A stretch of 64,000 nt of DNA from Rhynchobatus australiae. Lineage: Eukaryota. The stretch spans positions 51,148,019 through 51,212,018 of the forward strand of contig JAUZTB010000135.1 of NCBI GenBank assembly GCA_034780895.1, written 5' to 3'. Below are positions 38,115 through 50,672 of this stretch, in pieces. The notes below the pieces were generated by a model. It saw only the letters and a program-made list of their open reading frames with translations, made no database searches and was not told the origin of the DNA. The translations under genes and the position numbers were made by a program. Position 1 is the first letter of the stretch. The number at the start of each line of letters is the position of its first letter.

Positions 38115-38550
38115 GCAGTAAAACTCTGATAATCAAATATCCGATTGTAGGAAATCCCAATAGTTCACCAGATGGCTCACTCATCTGTACACCAAGTCCT
38201 CATTATTTGCAGATGTATTATACATCTGCAAATAACAAAGACTTAGTATACAGATCTGTACACTTGCAAGACCGGCCTTGCATTACTAGTAATGTGGGCT
38301 AAGTATGCAGCCAGAACCAGGGTCCAGGGTCCAGGGTCCAGGGTCTGAAATGGTTGTAGGTTTCAGCTCAGTTTCCTGCTCTCTTTAAACTTACCAGGTT
38401 CACTGGAATTTTCCTTTATACTACTATGTAGCATATAAAAAAGTGAAATAAAAATGTACTACAGTAATACAGATAGCATCCAATAATCCAGAAAATCTGC
38501 TTGTATAGGACCAAAGTCCTTAGGATGCCAGATTATCAGTTTTATTATAT
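38115..38550. mobile_element. Tigger-like MITE containing an internal foldback hairpin and (CCAGGGT)4
   Basis: Left cagtaaaactctgataatc; right reverse complement taataaaactgataatc. Confidence 0.5.
38317..38344 (+). repeat. (CCAGGGT)x4 tandem repeat
   Basis: ccagggtccagggtccagggtccagggt. Confidence 0.9.
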
Positions 38551-38604
38551 TATTTATATTGCTTCCAATTGCAAAGCTCAGCTCCAAATCTGCTCAGTGA
38601 AAGA

Positions 38605-38700
38605 AAAAATCTGCAGATGATGGAAATCTAACATACAAACTGAAAATGCTGGTAATACTCAGCAAGTAGGGTGGTATTTGTGGAGAGAGAAATAGAGTAA
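38605..38700. mobile_element. Penelope terminal repeat fragment
   Basis: ctgcagatgatggaaatc...aaaatgctggtaatactcagcaag...tgtggagagagaaatagagt. Confidence 0.6.
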
Positions 38701-39499
38701 AAGCATTCCATTGCAGCTTGTCAATGCGGTCATGAGCGTGGAGAACAAAAGTTGTAACAGAGCCAGCTAACACCTAATCAAACTTAACCTAAGAACTATG
38801 CAAAAGGTAAATACTGTGTATGTTGAAAAACTAAAATAAAAACAGGAAGTGTTGGAAATGCCTAGTATCTGAAATTATTGAACTTATTGTTGAGTCAAAA
38901 ATGTCTCTGATATTCATAAATATTCAAAGAGTATTGAAATTAATCACATTATTTAAAAGCNNNNNNNNNNATTGAGTAATGCACATCAACTCAATTAATG
39001 CCACAACTCTAAATTACCTCAAATGCACTACTCTCTCACAGCCTTTTTTTTGCTTCATCGGAAAGAAAGGAGTCCATGAACTATCCCAGCTCCAACAGTA
39101 GGCAGATTTCCCAAAGCAGCTGCTGGGAAGTTATAAGTTGAAGTTCTGCTTCTGGACTTCAGAAGGGGTCTAACACTGAGCATAATTAGAAAATTGCTGA
39201 TGAGAACCTGGAGTGCTAATCTTCCAGGGAGATATGGAGGAAAATATTGCCAGGAAAGTATGCCATCAGTGANNNNNNNNNNNNNNNNNNNNNNNNNNNN
39301 NNNNNNNNNNNNNNNNNNNNNNNNNNNNNNNNNNNNNNNNNNNNNNNNNNNNNNNNNNNNNNNNNNNNNNNNAAGTATGCCATCAGTGAGGGTGAAAATG
39401 TTCTTGGTGGCTCTTATATTCATTGATTAAATTGCCCAAAACTGTTCATAACTAAATTCAGTAGATTTGCAGTGCTTCCATTTGATCAATTGGTTGTGA

Positions 39500-39985
39500 A
39501 TTTGCTCAAGCCAGCCTTGACATTCATTATGATCATGGCTAATCTACCCTGGGCCTTAGTTCTTTTTCTGTGCCAGTTCCCTATTGCCCTTAATTCCATG
39601 ATCAATGTATCCACCTCCACTTTCAATACTTCTAATTTCCCAGACTTCACATTCCAGTGATTTACTACCTTTTTAACGAAAATAATTTCTATGCACCTGG
39701 GTTTTAAATGACTGGTTTCTTATCTTGAATCTATGTCCCCTCATTTAAGACTCTACACTAGTGAAATTCTGTCAAGCCCCCTAAGGATCTTAGATGTTTC
39801 AACCAGATCACTTCTCATTCTTCTAAACTTCAAAGAATGCAGACCAACCCATTTAGCTTCTCCTGATAGGACAATCTTCTCACCCCAGGAATTAGCCAGG
39901 TGCCTATCCTTTGGACTGCCTCAAATGCTACTACATTCTTTCTCAGGTAAGGGGCCCAAAATTGTGCACAGTACTCCAGGTAAGG
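39500..39985 (-). mobile_element. CR1 LINE 3' end
   Basis: Colinear with 13190-13660 (gatcatggctaatcta...ttttaaatgactgg...ctcattcttctaaac). Confidence 0.75.
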
Positions 39986-40245
39986 GCAATAGATTTCCTT
40001 AACTAAAGAACAGATAGTGTTTTTACAATATTCTGCTTGTTTCTATTATTTTAAGTTACAGTTTATTTAATCATTTAATTTAATCTCCTTATCTGATTTT
40101 AACTTAAATGCTCTGGCTGGATCTGTTTCCAGATTGTTAGTCCATTCCTCTAGATTACCAGGATATTTCTCTCACTGTAGAGAACTTTAGGAGTAGTTTC
40201 ATCAGAAGTCTTCAAAACACTGAATGAATTTAGTAGAATAAACAA

Positions 40246-40492
40246 GCAGCACAGTAGCATAGCAGTTAGCATGACGCTATTACAGCGTCAGCGATCGGGG
40301 TTCGATTCCCGTTGCTGTCTATAAGGAGTTTGTACATTTTCTCGTGTCTGCATTGGTTTCCTCTGGGTGCTCCAGTTTCCTTCCACATTCTAAAAGACGT
40401 ACGGGTAGGTTAATATGGGGTTTAAAATGGGCGGCACGGACTTGCTGGGCTGGAAGGGCCTGTTACCACACTGTAAATAAAATTTAAAATAA
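40246..40492 (+). mobile_element. Full-length V-SINE nested in an old CR1 3' fragment (40180-40760)
   Basis: Closely similar to 36558-36815, with B-box ggttcgattccc. Flanks join into CR1 KTL.EF.RIN..LL......RGHKF. Confidence 0.9.
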
Positions 40493-40865
40493 ATTGTTGC
40501 CAATGGTGATAGGTAACCAGAGGACATAAATTTGAAGTGGTTATCAGAGGAATCAGAGGTGACATGAAGTAATGTTTTCATGCAGTATGCTGTTATGATA
40601 CAGAATACAATACCTGAAAAGATATTAGAGGCAGATTAAGTGGCAACTTCTGAAAGTGAATTGAATAAATGTTTTAAAGGAAGATAGTTCATGACTCTAG
40701 GGAAAGGTCACAGCAGCAGGACAAATTGGATAACTCTTCCAAGGAATCAGCACATGCATGATGCACACTTCTGCAGATATTTTGCCCTCTTCTTCTATTT
40801 TGGAAACTGTTGCAAAATATTCAATTTAGAAGTCTGCCAGTTCCTTACATTGGTACATCACATGC

Positions 40866-41008
40866 ATTATAACTTATGGCCTTATTATAATTTATTATAA
40901 TATTATTATATTATTCTTATATTTTATTATATATTATAACATAACTTATTATAATATTATATAATTATTATAACTTATTATAATGTCATTATTATAACAT
41001 TATATCAT
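40866..41008. repeat. AT-rich degenerate tandem repeat (TTATAA/ATT units)
   Basis: ttattataatttattataatattattatattattc...ttattataatattatataattattataac. Confidence 0.8.
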
Positions 41009-43689
41009 TACTGCTTTCATATATTAAAAAGATATTCCCCTCAAGTTCTTTTTTATTTTCTTTCTGCCTCCTTATTACTTTCCCTATGTTCACTTATTAT
41101 TTTCATAGGTCTTCCTGTCTGCTCGATTTGTTCAAGTCTTTTCCTTTTAGCCTGATCCTGTGTCTAACATCAAAAGCTGACCGTGGTTGTTTAACTGCAC
41201 AATGAGGCCTTTCAGGTAGAAATTCCTGCTCAGTTACTAATGACAAAAGTGCAATGCAGTAGCGGCATATATGTGATTTTAATGGAACTGAGTTTCAAAA
41301 GTGATGTAATTATGCAGCCACCACTGTATTCATCATTTAGCACAAATTTCACAAAGACAAATTTTTTCCCTATGAGTTAAAGGACTGCATAGTGGTTTTC
41401 ATACCACACATATTTACAGATACTAAATACGTTTACATATTCCTTCACTGTTTTCTATGGGGTTCTGCTTAAACAGCCCAATTTATTGTGGTCAATTCAC
41501 TTTCTATTTATTTAAGGTTTGCCTTACTTAACTTTAAAATTTTGGTTTGCAATATCCATTCTATCTCTTCAACCTAAACAAATATAATCAAGTGAAAATG
41601 CTCGACACCCTGATCTTGGCATACTTATTTGTATTTATAATTGGACAAATATTTGCCATTTCCCAATTTGTTGCTCACTGCTGCATTAGGGAGATCACTC
41701 AAGTACCATACTCCTGAAGAAACCATTTCATTTATTTTGATTTCAGTGAGGAAATACTGCCATTTTGGGCACTTGAATCTGCTAGCATTGCTGGCTTCTC
41801 ATGAGTGCAGACTGTCATTAAATGCACAGCATGTGCTCCCGACTCCACCTCATAATCTGGAACTTTTTATATCTAGGATTCGTTTCCATTCTCTCAATAC
41901 GCAGGAGGCTGTGGATCAAAAGAGGAATTTTCTGGTGGTGAGTGCAATATTTCTGGAAGCAAATGCTATTCTTTCTTCCCAAGGGATCCTGCATTATTTA
42001 GACATGTTCAGCAGCTGGCAATGCCCAAAGCAATGGGAGGTGAAGTCTATCCCGTACCTCCAGTGTGCTCTCTAAGCACAACAGTCAAGTGCAGAATCAA
42101 CGAGAATCGCTTGGTGCTGCTTCCTACTTTACTACAGAAGTTGCAATCTTTAGTCCTAACTTACACTCAGCTCTTACTTTCACTTGGTTCCATCTCTGTT
42201 TCTTCCTTTCTTTTTCTGACTTCTCCACCTTAATTTTAATGGATGTGGTAGTGACCAGTATCCAAAACATTATTCGTTGTTGTTTATTGGCTATGGACGC
42301 TGCTTGGCTTGCTGCATACTCTGAGCATTTTCTGAATTACTTTATAACATATTTGTTAACTGTATCTGCAGTCATGGTCACCATACCTTAGGAAAGATAG
42401 GAAGGCCCAATAAAGAATGGAGAAAAGATTCACTGGAATGGTTCCAAGAATGAGAGCTTTCAGTTATAAAGGCAGACTAGAGAATTTGGTGTTATTCTCC
42501 ATGAAGCAGAGAAGGTTGAGGGGTCATTCATAGAAATTACAAATCAATTACAAGTTTGCAGTTCCCACCTGCTTGGTATAACCATGAAACTTGGATGTGG
42601 TGGTGTCACTGCTAGCTGGAAATGCTGGGTCCAATTTTGTGAATGCTGCACTTTCATAAGGAAGTAATTGCTAATGTAATTTCCCCTGTTTACAAGGATT
42701 TTGGATTGCAAAGCACAATGTGATTCAACATCTGTGCAATTACAATACAAATATTTGTACCAATATAAGAATTGCTGACGGTGGCAACAACAGATGTAAA
42801 AGCACTATCACAATGAACTGCATCGTGCTCGGTCCAACCTATCACTCGCACTTGGCTCTCATACCTATCTCACAACCTCACCTTGCTGTTGCATCATTTA
42901 TAGTATAGGTCGTGCTGGAGGCCTCCATTCCACAGTCTTTCGGTGACCAGAGTATGCAGTGAGTAACAACTAGCAGAACATGAAACCCTCTTGGCCTTAT
43001 TCATGGCCTTTGACAACCCACTGCTCTCAAAGGTATTTTTTGCTGTTTTAAATGTTGTTGATATTCAGAAAGAAAAACAATTAAAATGGTTAAATATTAC
43101 TTAAGAACCAAAAAACACATCTATTTAGTTAAAAACACAACACAACAACATACAGTACATAAATATACAGTGAAGGCAAAAATACAAAAATCTTGGTTAA
43201 ATTTACCTTTTTATTGAAGTTTGATGACCCTTTTTGGATGAATGGGGTTGTACACCAGCTGGGAGGCACAAAGCACAATAAGTTCCAAGCCATTACTGGA
43301 TTCTCTGGTGAATACAGTAGTGCAACGGAACTCAGGTGCAATGGCATCTGCCCTTGAGCATATTCCATACATTCACATTGCAAAGTGCAGAGATAGAAGC
43401 TGAAACAGCATTGAATGAAAGTTCCCAACAGAAGCATCNNNNNNCAGTGAAGCACGTTTTGGCCCAGTGTATCAGAAACTTGACCAACCCAGAAGATCGA
43501 GATGCAAACAGGAAGTGAGATCACAGCATATTTAAAGAAAGAGAATATATCCAAAAAAATTTGTGTAATATGCCCCAGTTTTCATTACATACTTTCAAAT
43601 TAGTGGATTGCTCAATGTGATTTCTATAACTTCTCAAATTCTTTTCAAAAACAAAAACTAGATTCAAAATATCCAGCTCAGATTATCAC

Positions 43690-44368
43690 TGTGCGAGTTC
43701 CTCAGGGCAGTGTCCCTGGCCCAACCCACTTCAGCTGATTCATCGTAAGGTCTGAAATGGATATGTTTGCTGATGTTTGCACAATGTTCAGTTCTATTTG
43801 AAACTCCTCAGCAAATGCAACAGTCCATACCTGCATAAAGCAAGACTTTGAGATCATTCAGGCATAAGATAAGTGAGAAATAACATTTGAGCCACAAAAG
43901 TATCAAGCAATTACTTAATCACCTTTTCCAAGACACATTAAAAGTGAGATGCAATACTCTGCAGTCGCTGAGATGAATGCAGCTCCAACAATTTTCAAGC
44001 AGCTTGATACTATCCAGGACAAAGCAGTCCACTTGGTTGACCCTTAAACATTCATATCCTCCAACACTGGCTTCAATGCATATCATCTACAATATATATG
44101 ACAATTACCTTCCTGGGTAAGAGCAGCAAATTACCACTGACAGGTTCCCCACCAAATCACACATCATCTTCATTTGGAAATACATCACCGGTCCTTCATC
44201 ATTGTTGGGTCTCCCTACCCAACAGCAGTGTGGGAATACCTTCATCTAAAGAACTATAGCAGTTCAAGAAGGTGGCTGATCACTACTTTCTCAAGGACAA
44301 TTAGGAATAAGCAATATATGCTGACCTTGTCAGCAATGCCTAGATCCTGAAAAATGAATTAATAAAAA
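43690..44368 (+). mobile_element. CR1/Jockey-group LINE RT to 3' end
   Basis: VPQGSVPGPT.FS, MFAD.CTMF, LDTIQDKAVHL; tail caattaggaataagcaatatatgctgaccttg. Confidence 0.75.
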
Positions 44369-44599
44369 TATTGCTGTTGACACTCATGAGATTTGACTTC
44401 AATAGTTTACTCCTGAGTCTCCGTAATGACCACTTCCAAGTGAGACTGAGCCCATCAAGAAACTGGCCCAGATAATTCTGTGCATGATTCATCTTAACAC
44501 GGCTGATGTTTTCTAGGCATCAGTCCAATGTCTAATCATGTCGCAAGTCGCGCATTGCAGTTTCCTCCCTTATAGACATAAACTGGAGCTTTTGGGTGC

Positions 44600-45030
44600 A
44601 ACCTATGTTCTCGCTGAACACTCAGAGAAAAAACTAACAGCATATTGATCAGGGATAGCAGTTGAATGGTCTGCACTGTAACATCAATGTCTTGCATTCA
44701 GCATTTACAAGCTACTCGATTTTCAATGCCTGGCATAACAGAAACCTCATCATTGGTTGTCCCTCCACTGTTCACAGTCTTTCTACACAAATAACAACCA
44801 AGCTGCATACTGTGATTTCTGCCCCCTTGATCAGACGCTACAGTGGTGTGAGGCCTTTCATTGCATGGATTCAATCAGATGGACCATAGCATAGGAAGGG
44901 GGTGGTGATGGGTACCAGATACATAGGAGACTGTTAAAATCTTCCCTCTCTGCATTTTCCCTCACTCCTATGGGAGCCTATTATGCAGCTGTTCTGTGGC
45001 TGCCATGTGGAGAGTACTTTAAGGGCTGAT
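44600..45030 (+). mobile_element. Possible second, very decayed Harbinger transposase relic
   Basis: Weak ordered motifs (PG......VPPLF, LLK, HS.GSL), pattern resemblance only. Confidence 0.25.
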
Positions 45031-46399
45031 GCCCTTCCCAGTGATCAGTGCAGCAATGATGTGGTAAGTGATAGTTCTTCATGCAGTTCCCAAAAGAAAT
45101 CATACAGGTCCCTTTTTACCACATGATGCTTTGTGCACATCAACACAGTATTGCTTTTAACATCTGTTTGTCTGATTTCACAAATTTTTCTAGGGGATCA
45201 GGTTGGGCATTAGCACTATTTCCAACACATGTTTAGTGAATTAAAAGAGGGTGAAACTCAATTTCTAGGTAATCGTAAATAATTCAAAGTCATGATTACA
45301 ATCACACAGTTCCATCATTCCAATTCTCAGCACACTGGATCTTCTGTCCTTCCATTTCAATTTCCTTTGTCTTTCATTCAAGTGCTTCCATGGATTTGTC
45401 CTGCCTTACCACAGCACTCTGACCAGCTCTATGTTGCTGTTCTCCTCTAGCCTATTACTTAATCCTGATCCTAAACTCTCCACCACTGAGTGGTCATATC
45501 TTCTAGGTTCTTTTCTATGGAAAATCCTCTGCTTTGGTAATTCTGTCATTTCTGTCTTCAGAATCTCAAGCAATTTTCTTCACATTTCAGACGCATCTCC
45601 TGATTCCATTTTATTGTCATTTCATCCTACTTAGAACCTATTTAAATATTACTCTGTAGAATCTAAAGCATAGAAATAGGTTATTGGCCCATCTGTTGTA
45701 AATTTATTTGAAAATTTATTTCTTAGCTTGGCCATTGTTACGACACTCTGGTTAAGCATGAATGTACTTTGATGGGAAAAGGAATAAGAGTTGAAGTTAA
45801 AAAAATTCTGATATGAAGGTGTTTAGTTTAAAAATATGGTTAACTCTGAATGAAGACTGTGTATATTCATTAAGCAAACAGGCACTAAAAATCTCAACTT
45901 TCTTCCTTTTCTTCACTCAGCACTGAATCTTTTCCAGAAAATGCAATGGCAAGAGTATTCTTTATGATGCAAATGAGTTTTGCCATGGTGGAATAATCTG
46001 TGGATTTATTCAGTCTCCTTTACTATGTGCCATAGCACATTTCTCTTTTTATACCATGAGAGTAGGAATGACTACAGAATATGTGCTATTTCTGCTGGAC
46101 ACTTTCTGATCAGTTTTAGGTTGCCTTGGAACGCAAAACCACCCAACTCTACGTGGAGTAGTGGAGTATCTGTTGTGTCTTTACTGAGAACTATATTCTT
46201 TTGTATCTTTACTAAGTGACTCAGTTAATAAAATATACTCCTTTAAAATTCCTCTTTACCCTTATTTTCTCAGTGAAAGGGCACCACTGATCCAATTGAC
46301 TTCAAACAAATCTCCCGAATAAATCAGAATTAGGGACAAATGGAATGATTCATTTCACTGAGGCTGTTTTACACTAAAGGTACAAGAGTACATCATGAA

Positions 46400-46770
46400 T
46401 GATACAGTATAAAAATAGGAGCCAGAATATGGCATGCGACTACTCTTTCCTTCTCTGCCACTCAATAAAATCATGGGTGATCAGATCTTGGGCTCTATTT
46501 TCTAGCCTGTTCCCTGTAATCCTTGACTTCCCTACATGTCATAAATCTGTGTATTTCAGCTACGATTATAGCCAGTGATTGATTCTTTCTATCTATCTCT
46601 CTATCTATCTATCTCTCTATCTATCTATCTCTTTATCATCCATCCATCCTCCATAGCTTTCTGGGATAGAGAATTCCAAAGATACATTATCCTCTGGACA
46701 AGAAACTCCTCCTTGTCTCCTTTTTAAACGGATGATTTTATTTTCTGAAACGATGCTCCCTGGTGTAAGA
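46400..46770 (-). mobile_element. CR1 LINE 3' end with internal (TCTA)n
   Basis: aataggagccagaa...atcatgggtgatc...gagaattccaaagat...gaaactcctcc. Confidence 0.7.
46585..46646. repeat. (TCTA)n/(TCCA)n microsatellite
   Basis: tctatctatctctctatctatctatctctctatctatctatc...catccatcc. Confidence 0.85.
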
Positions 46771-47225
46771 TCCTGTGAGGAGCAATATGTTAATGAAATG
46801 GTTATAAAGTCAATCCCAAGTCTATTCAATGTTCCTAAATACATTAATTTAGTTATTCATGAATGGCACAAAAGAGGGATTTTAACTGAAAGAAGGTTTT
46901 GACCAAGTGGAGAGGTGGGCAAGCAGCAAATGCATTTGATATCATCAAGGTCTGAATTGTTTAAAACTCATTTATATCCCATCAGCCCAGACTCACCTGA
47001 AACAGATGAAAGATGGAACTGGAATGGCAGCTGATAAACAGATTGGGCCTGGACTCTTTCCAGTGGCTGGAATGTGATATGGTAGGAAGAAAAACATAGA
47101 TTTCATTGATAAAAACATGAGTGGGAGTTCCTGTAAAGAGGAAGCCTCTGGCAGAAGCAACTAAGACCTTCTCTGTGGACCTAAAGACAAATTTAATTTT
47201 GCTGCTGCTTATGTGTCATTGAGTC

Positions 47226-47503
47226 AGAAAGCAGAGTACCAGGCCCTTTGGCCCACCGCGCGCACACTGAGCATCAAGCACCTCTCTACACTAATCCCAC
47301 TTGTCCTACCATATCCCCATCAATTCTGCGCCTCCCCACCACACCTCCGTGTGGCATGTGGGGAGAAACCACAACACCCAGGGAAACCCAAGGTGTCACA
47401 GGGAGAATGATCAACTTCCACACAGGCAGCATCCAAGGTCAGAATTGATTCCACGTCTCCAGAGAGGCAGCAGTGCTAACTGGTGCAGCATTGTACCACC
47501 CTA
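47226..47503 (-). mobile_element. V-SINE
   Basis: Reverse complement contains tgggtttccctgggtgttgtggtttctcccc and tail gggccaaagggcctg. Confidence 0.7.
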
Positions 47504-48038
47504 AATGTTCAGAGAAACTTGCACTAAACAGGCAACGTAGTCAAGGATGACACTCAAGCAAAGCTACTGATTTATTAGAACCCAAGTTTGCAGATGATTT
47601 ATATGGCTGTCTCATCTGCTGACCAAAAATTGCATTAAAATCCCTGCAAAATAGAATTATAATGGATAATCAACCTACTCTTTTACCACCAATCTAACCA
47701 ATATTAAAATTGCTCTGTCAATCCTTATCTGAATTCTGTCATTTATCAATATCTCAAATTACCACAAATTATTCACAGGTATGCTTTCATAATTAAAAGA
47801 ACATACATAATGACAAAACAGAAAATTATTAGTGATGTTACACTCAAAATTTCTGAAAAATTAATAAAATATTGCCCAAAAATGTTATTTTAATTTTTGG
47901 AACTTGAGGCTCATTATGAAGGCAGAATACGGACAACAGATCAAGTGTAGTTCAAACTGAGAAAACAAGGACCTGAGACACTCAAGTCACACAATGTAAC
48001 TTAATGAAAATCATTCACAGTAGCAAAAAAAATCAAGA

Positions 48039-48310
48039 ATACATTGATGCAATCATGAAGAAGGCACGCCAGCAGCTCTGCTTCGTTAGGAGTTTGAGGA
48101 GATTTGGTATGTCACCAAAGACCCTAACATATTTCGAAAGATTACAGATTTCTGAACGGTCATGAACCCATGAACAATACCTCATTATTCCTTTTCTGTG
48201 CACTATTTACTTATTCTTGTAATTTATAGTAATTTTACATCTTTACTCTGTACTGCTGCTGCAAAACAACAAATTTCACAACATATGTGATAATAAACCT
48301 GATTTTGGTT
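48039..48310 (+). mobile_element. Internally deleted Rex1/Babar 3' fragment
   Basis: IDAIMKKARQQLCFVRSLRRFGMSPKTL joined directly to the 3' UTR; tail gataataaacctgattt. Confidence 0.85.
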
Positions 48311-49650
48311 TTGAACTCAAAATCAAACCATTGTAAAGCACAGCCATATTTCTTGGGTATCTAATGCCATAAATAGAGTAACTATGAAGAAAAAACTTCT
48401 CTTCAAATTAGTATATATTTAAACATCATTCTTTATGTCTAGAAGTCCACAGAGGTTTTTAAATCCTTACCCACACAGATTCTCTGGAGAAGAAGGCAAA
48501 GCAGTCAGGCTCTTATTTCTGTATGAAGAGTACCAAAGTAACTAGAAAGCACAAGGTAGATTGGATTCTCTCTCTGTGGCAAGAATTTGCGTCAATTATT
48601 AAATAAAGGTTATCCAATTGCTGTTTGAATTTTGTACCTATTTAAGTATAACAAAATTGAGTAAGAGCAATGATAACATCTATATAAAAGTGATTAGAAA
48701 ATTACTGTNNNNNNNNNNNNNNNNNNNNNNNNNNNNNNNNNNNNNNNNNNNNNNNNNNNNNNNNNNNNNNNNNNNNNNNNNNNNNNNNNNNNNNNNNNNN
48801 NNNNNNNNNNNNNNNNNNNNNNNNNNNNNNNNNNNNNNNNNNNNNNNNNNNNNNNNNNNNNNNNNNNNNNNNNNNNNNNNNNNNNNNNNNNNNNNNNNNN
48901 NNNNNNNNNNNNNNNNNNNNNNNNNNNNNNNNNNNNNNNNNNNNNNNNNNNNNNNNNNNNNNNNNNNNNNNNNNNNNNNNNNNNNNNNNNNNNNNNNNNN
49001 NNNNNNNNNNNNNNNNNNNNNNNNNNNNNNNNNNNNNNNNNNNNNNNNNNNNNNNNNNNNNNNNNNNNNNNNNNNNNNNNNNNNNNNNNNNNNNNNNNNN
49101 NNNNNNNNNNNNNNNNNNNNNNNNNNNNNNNNNNNNNNNNNNNNNNNNNNNNNNNNNNNNNNNNNNNNNNNNNNNNNNNNNNNNNNNNNNNNNNNNNNNN
49201 NNNNNNNNNNNNNNNNNNNNNNNNNNNNNNNNNNNNNNNNNNNNNNNNNNNNNNNNNNNNNNNNNNNNNNNNNNNNNNNNNNNNNNNNNNNNNNNNNNNN
49301 NNNNNNNNNNNNNNNNNNNNNNNNNNNNNNNNNNNNNNNNNNNNNNNNNNNNNNNNNNNNNNNNNNNNNNNNNNNNNNNNNNNNNNNNNNNNNNNNNNNN
49401 NNNNNNNNNNNNNNNNNNNNNNNNNNNNNNNNNNNNNNNNNNNNNNNNNNNNNNNNNNNNNNNNNNNNNNNNNNNNNNNNNNNNNNNNNNNNNNNNNNNN
49501 NNNNNNNNNNNNNNNNNNNNNNNNNNNNNNNNNNNNNNNNNNNNNNNNNNNNNNNNNNNNNNNNNNNNNNNNNNNNNNNNNNNNNNNNNNNNNNNNNNNN
49601 NNNNNNNNNNNNNNNNNNNNNNNNNNNNNNNNNNNNNNNNNNNNNNNNNN

Positions 49651-49912
49651 GGGGGGAGGAAAGAGAAATAAAAAGAGTTCAGGGGGAAATGTCAGAGGGA
49701 GCTTTTTCACCCAGAGAGTGGTAGGTGCATGGAATGCGCTGCCTGGGGTCGTGGTGGAGGCAGATATGTTGGACAGGTTCAAGAGGTTGTTGGATAGGCA
49801 CATGGAGGAGTGTGGGTAGAGGGATATGAGGGAGGGAAGGGTTAGATGGTGAGAGGTGTAGTTGGATGGCGGCACAACACAGTAGGCCGAGGGGCCTGTA
49901 TTGTTCTATGGT
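49651..49912 (+). mobile_element. CR1 LINE 3' end (probably longer inside the preceding gap)
   Basis: FFTQRVVGAWNALPGVVVEAD...FKRLLDRHM; tail aggccgaggggcctgtattgttctatg. Confidence 0.85.
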
Positions 49913-50069
49913 TTATTAACTAAGAGATTGGACTTTGTTTTTTCTATATTTTATTGTTATCTAAGATTTGAGTGATAACTAGATCTCTTTGTAAGATATG
50001 TACAAACTTTGATACCATATACCATTTGTATTGATTTGAAACCAATAAAAAAGATTGAAAAATAAAGAA

Positions 50070-50672
50070 TGCTGTGTCACTGGGTTCAATGCTGGTTCTT
50101 CATCTTTTTACAACATATACAAATGAGACAAATGAAGGTACTGAAGACATAGTTGCTAATTTTGCTGATAACACCAACATATGTAGGATTAAAGAGGATC
50201 TGAGGAAGCTACACAGCAATGTAGTTAGGTTAAGTGAGTGGACAAAGATCTGGCAAATGGAGTGTAATTGGTTGGGGGGGGGATGGTGGTAAATTATCCA
50301 TTTTATGAGGAAGGATGAATAAGAAGTATATTATTTGAATGTTGAGATACTGCAAATTTCTGAGATGCAAAGGGATCAAGGTGTCCAAGTACATGTCACA
50401 TAACGCTCATATGCAGGAACTGCTAGGAATTAGGCAAGCTAATAAAATGTTATTGTTTAATGTGAGGGGAGTGAAATATACAAATAATGAGGTTATGCAT
50501 CAGCTCTATCGAGCCTTTATGCAATCACATCAGGGGTATTGTGTACTATATTGGTCTCATTTTTTAAGGAAGAATGTAAGTGTGCTGGAAGCAAGTCTGT
50601 GAATGTTTATGGGACTAATACCACAAGATGGTTTGTCTAATAAGGAAAGGTTGGACAGGCTAGTCTTGTATC
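50070..50672 (+). mobile_element. CR1 LINE RT fragment
   Basis: NFADNTNI, RLSEW.KIWQME.N, ANKML, QLYRA, YCV.YWS.FLRK. Confidence 0.8.

Noticed and set aside
41641-42075. 144-aa ORF
   Set aside because: Non-ATG start and no recognisable motif; only the internal 33-nt segment has splice signals.
48618-49875. ORFs of 368-393 aa
   Set aside because: N-run read-through plus CR1 sequence.
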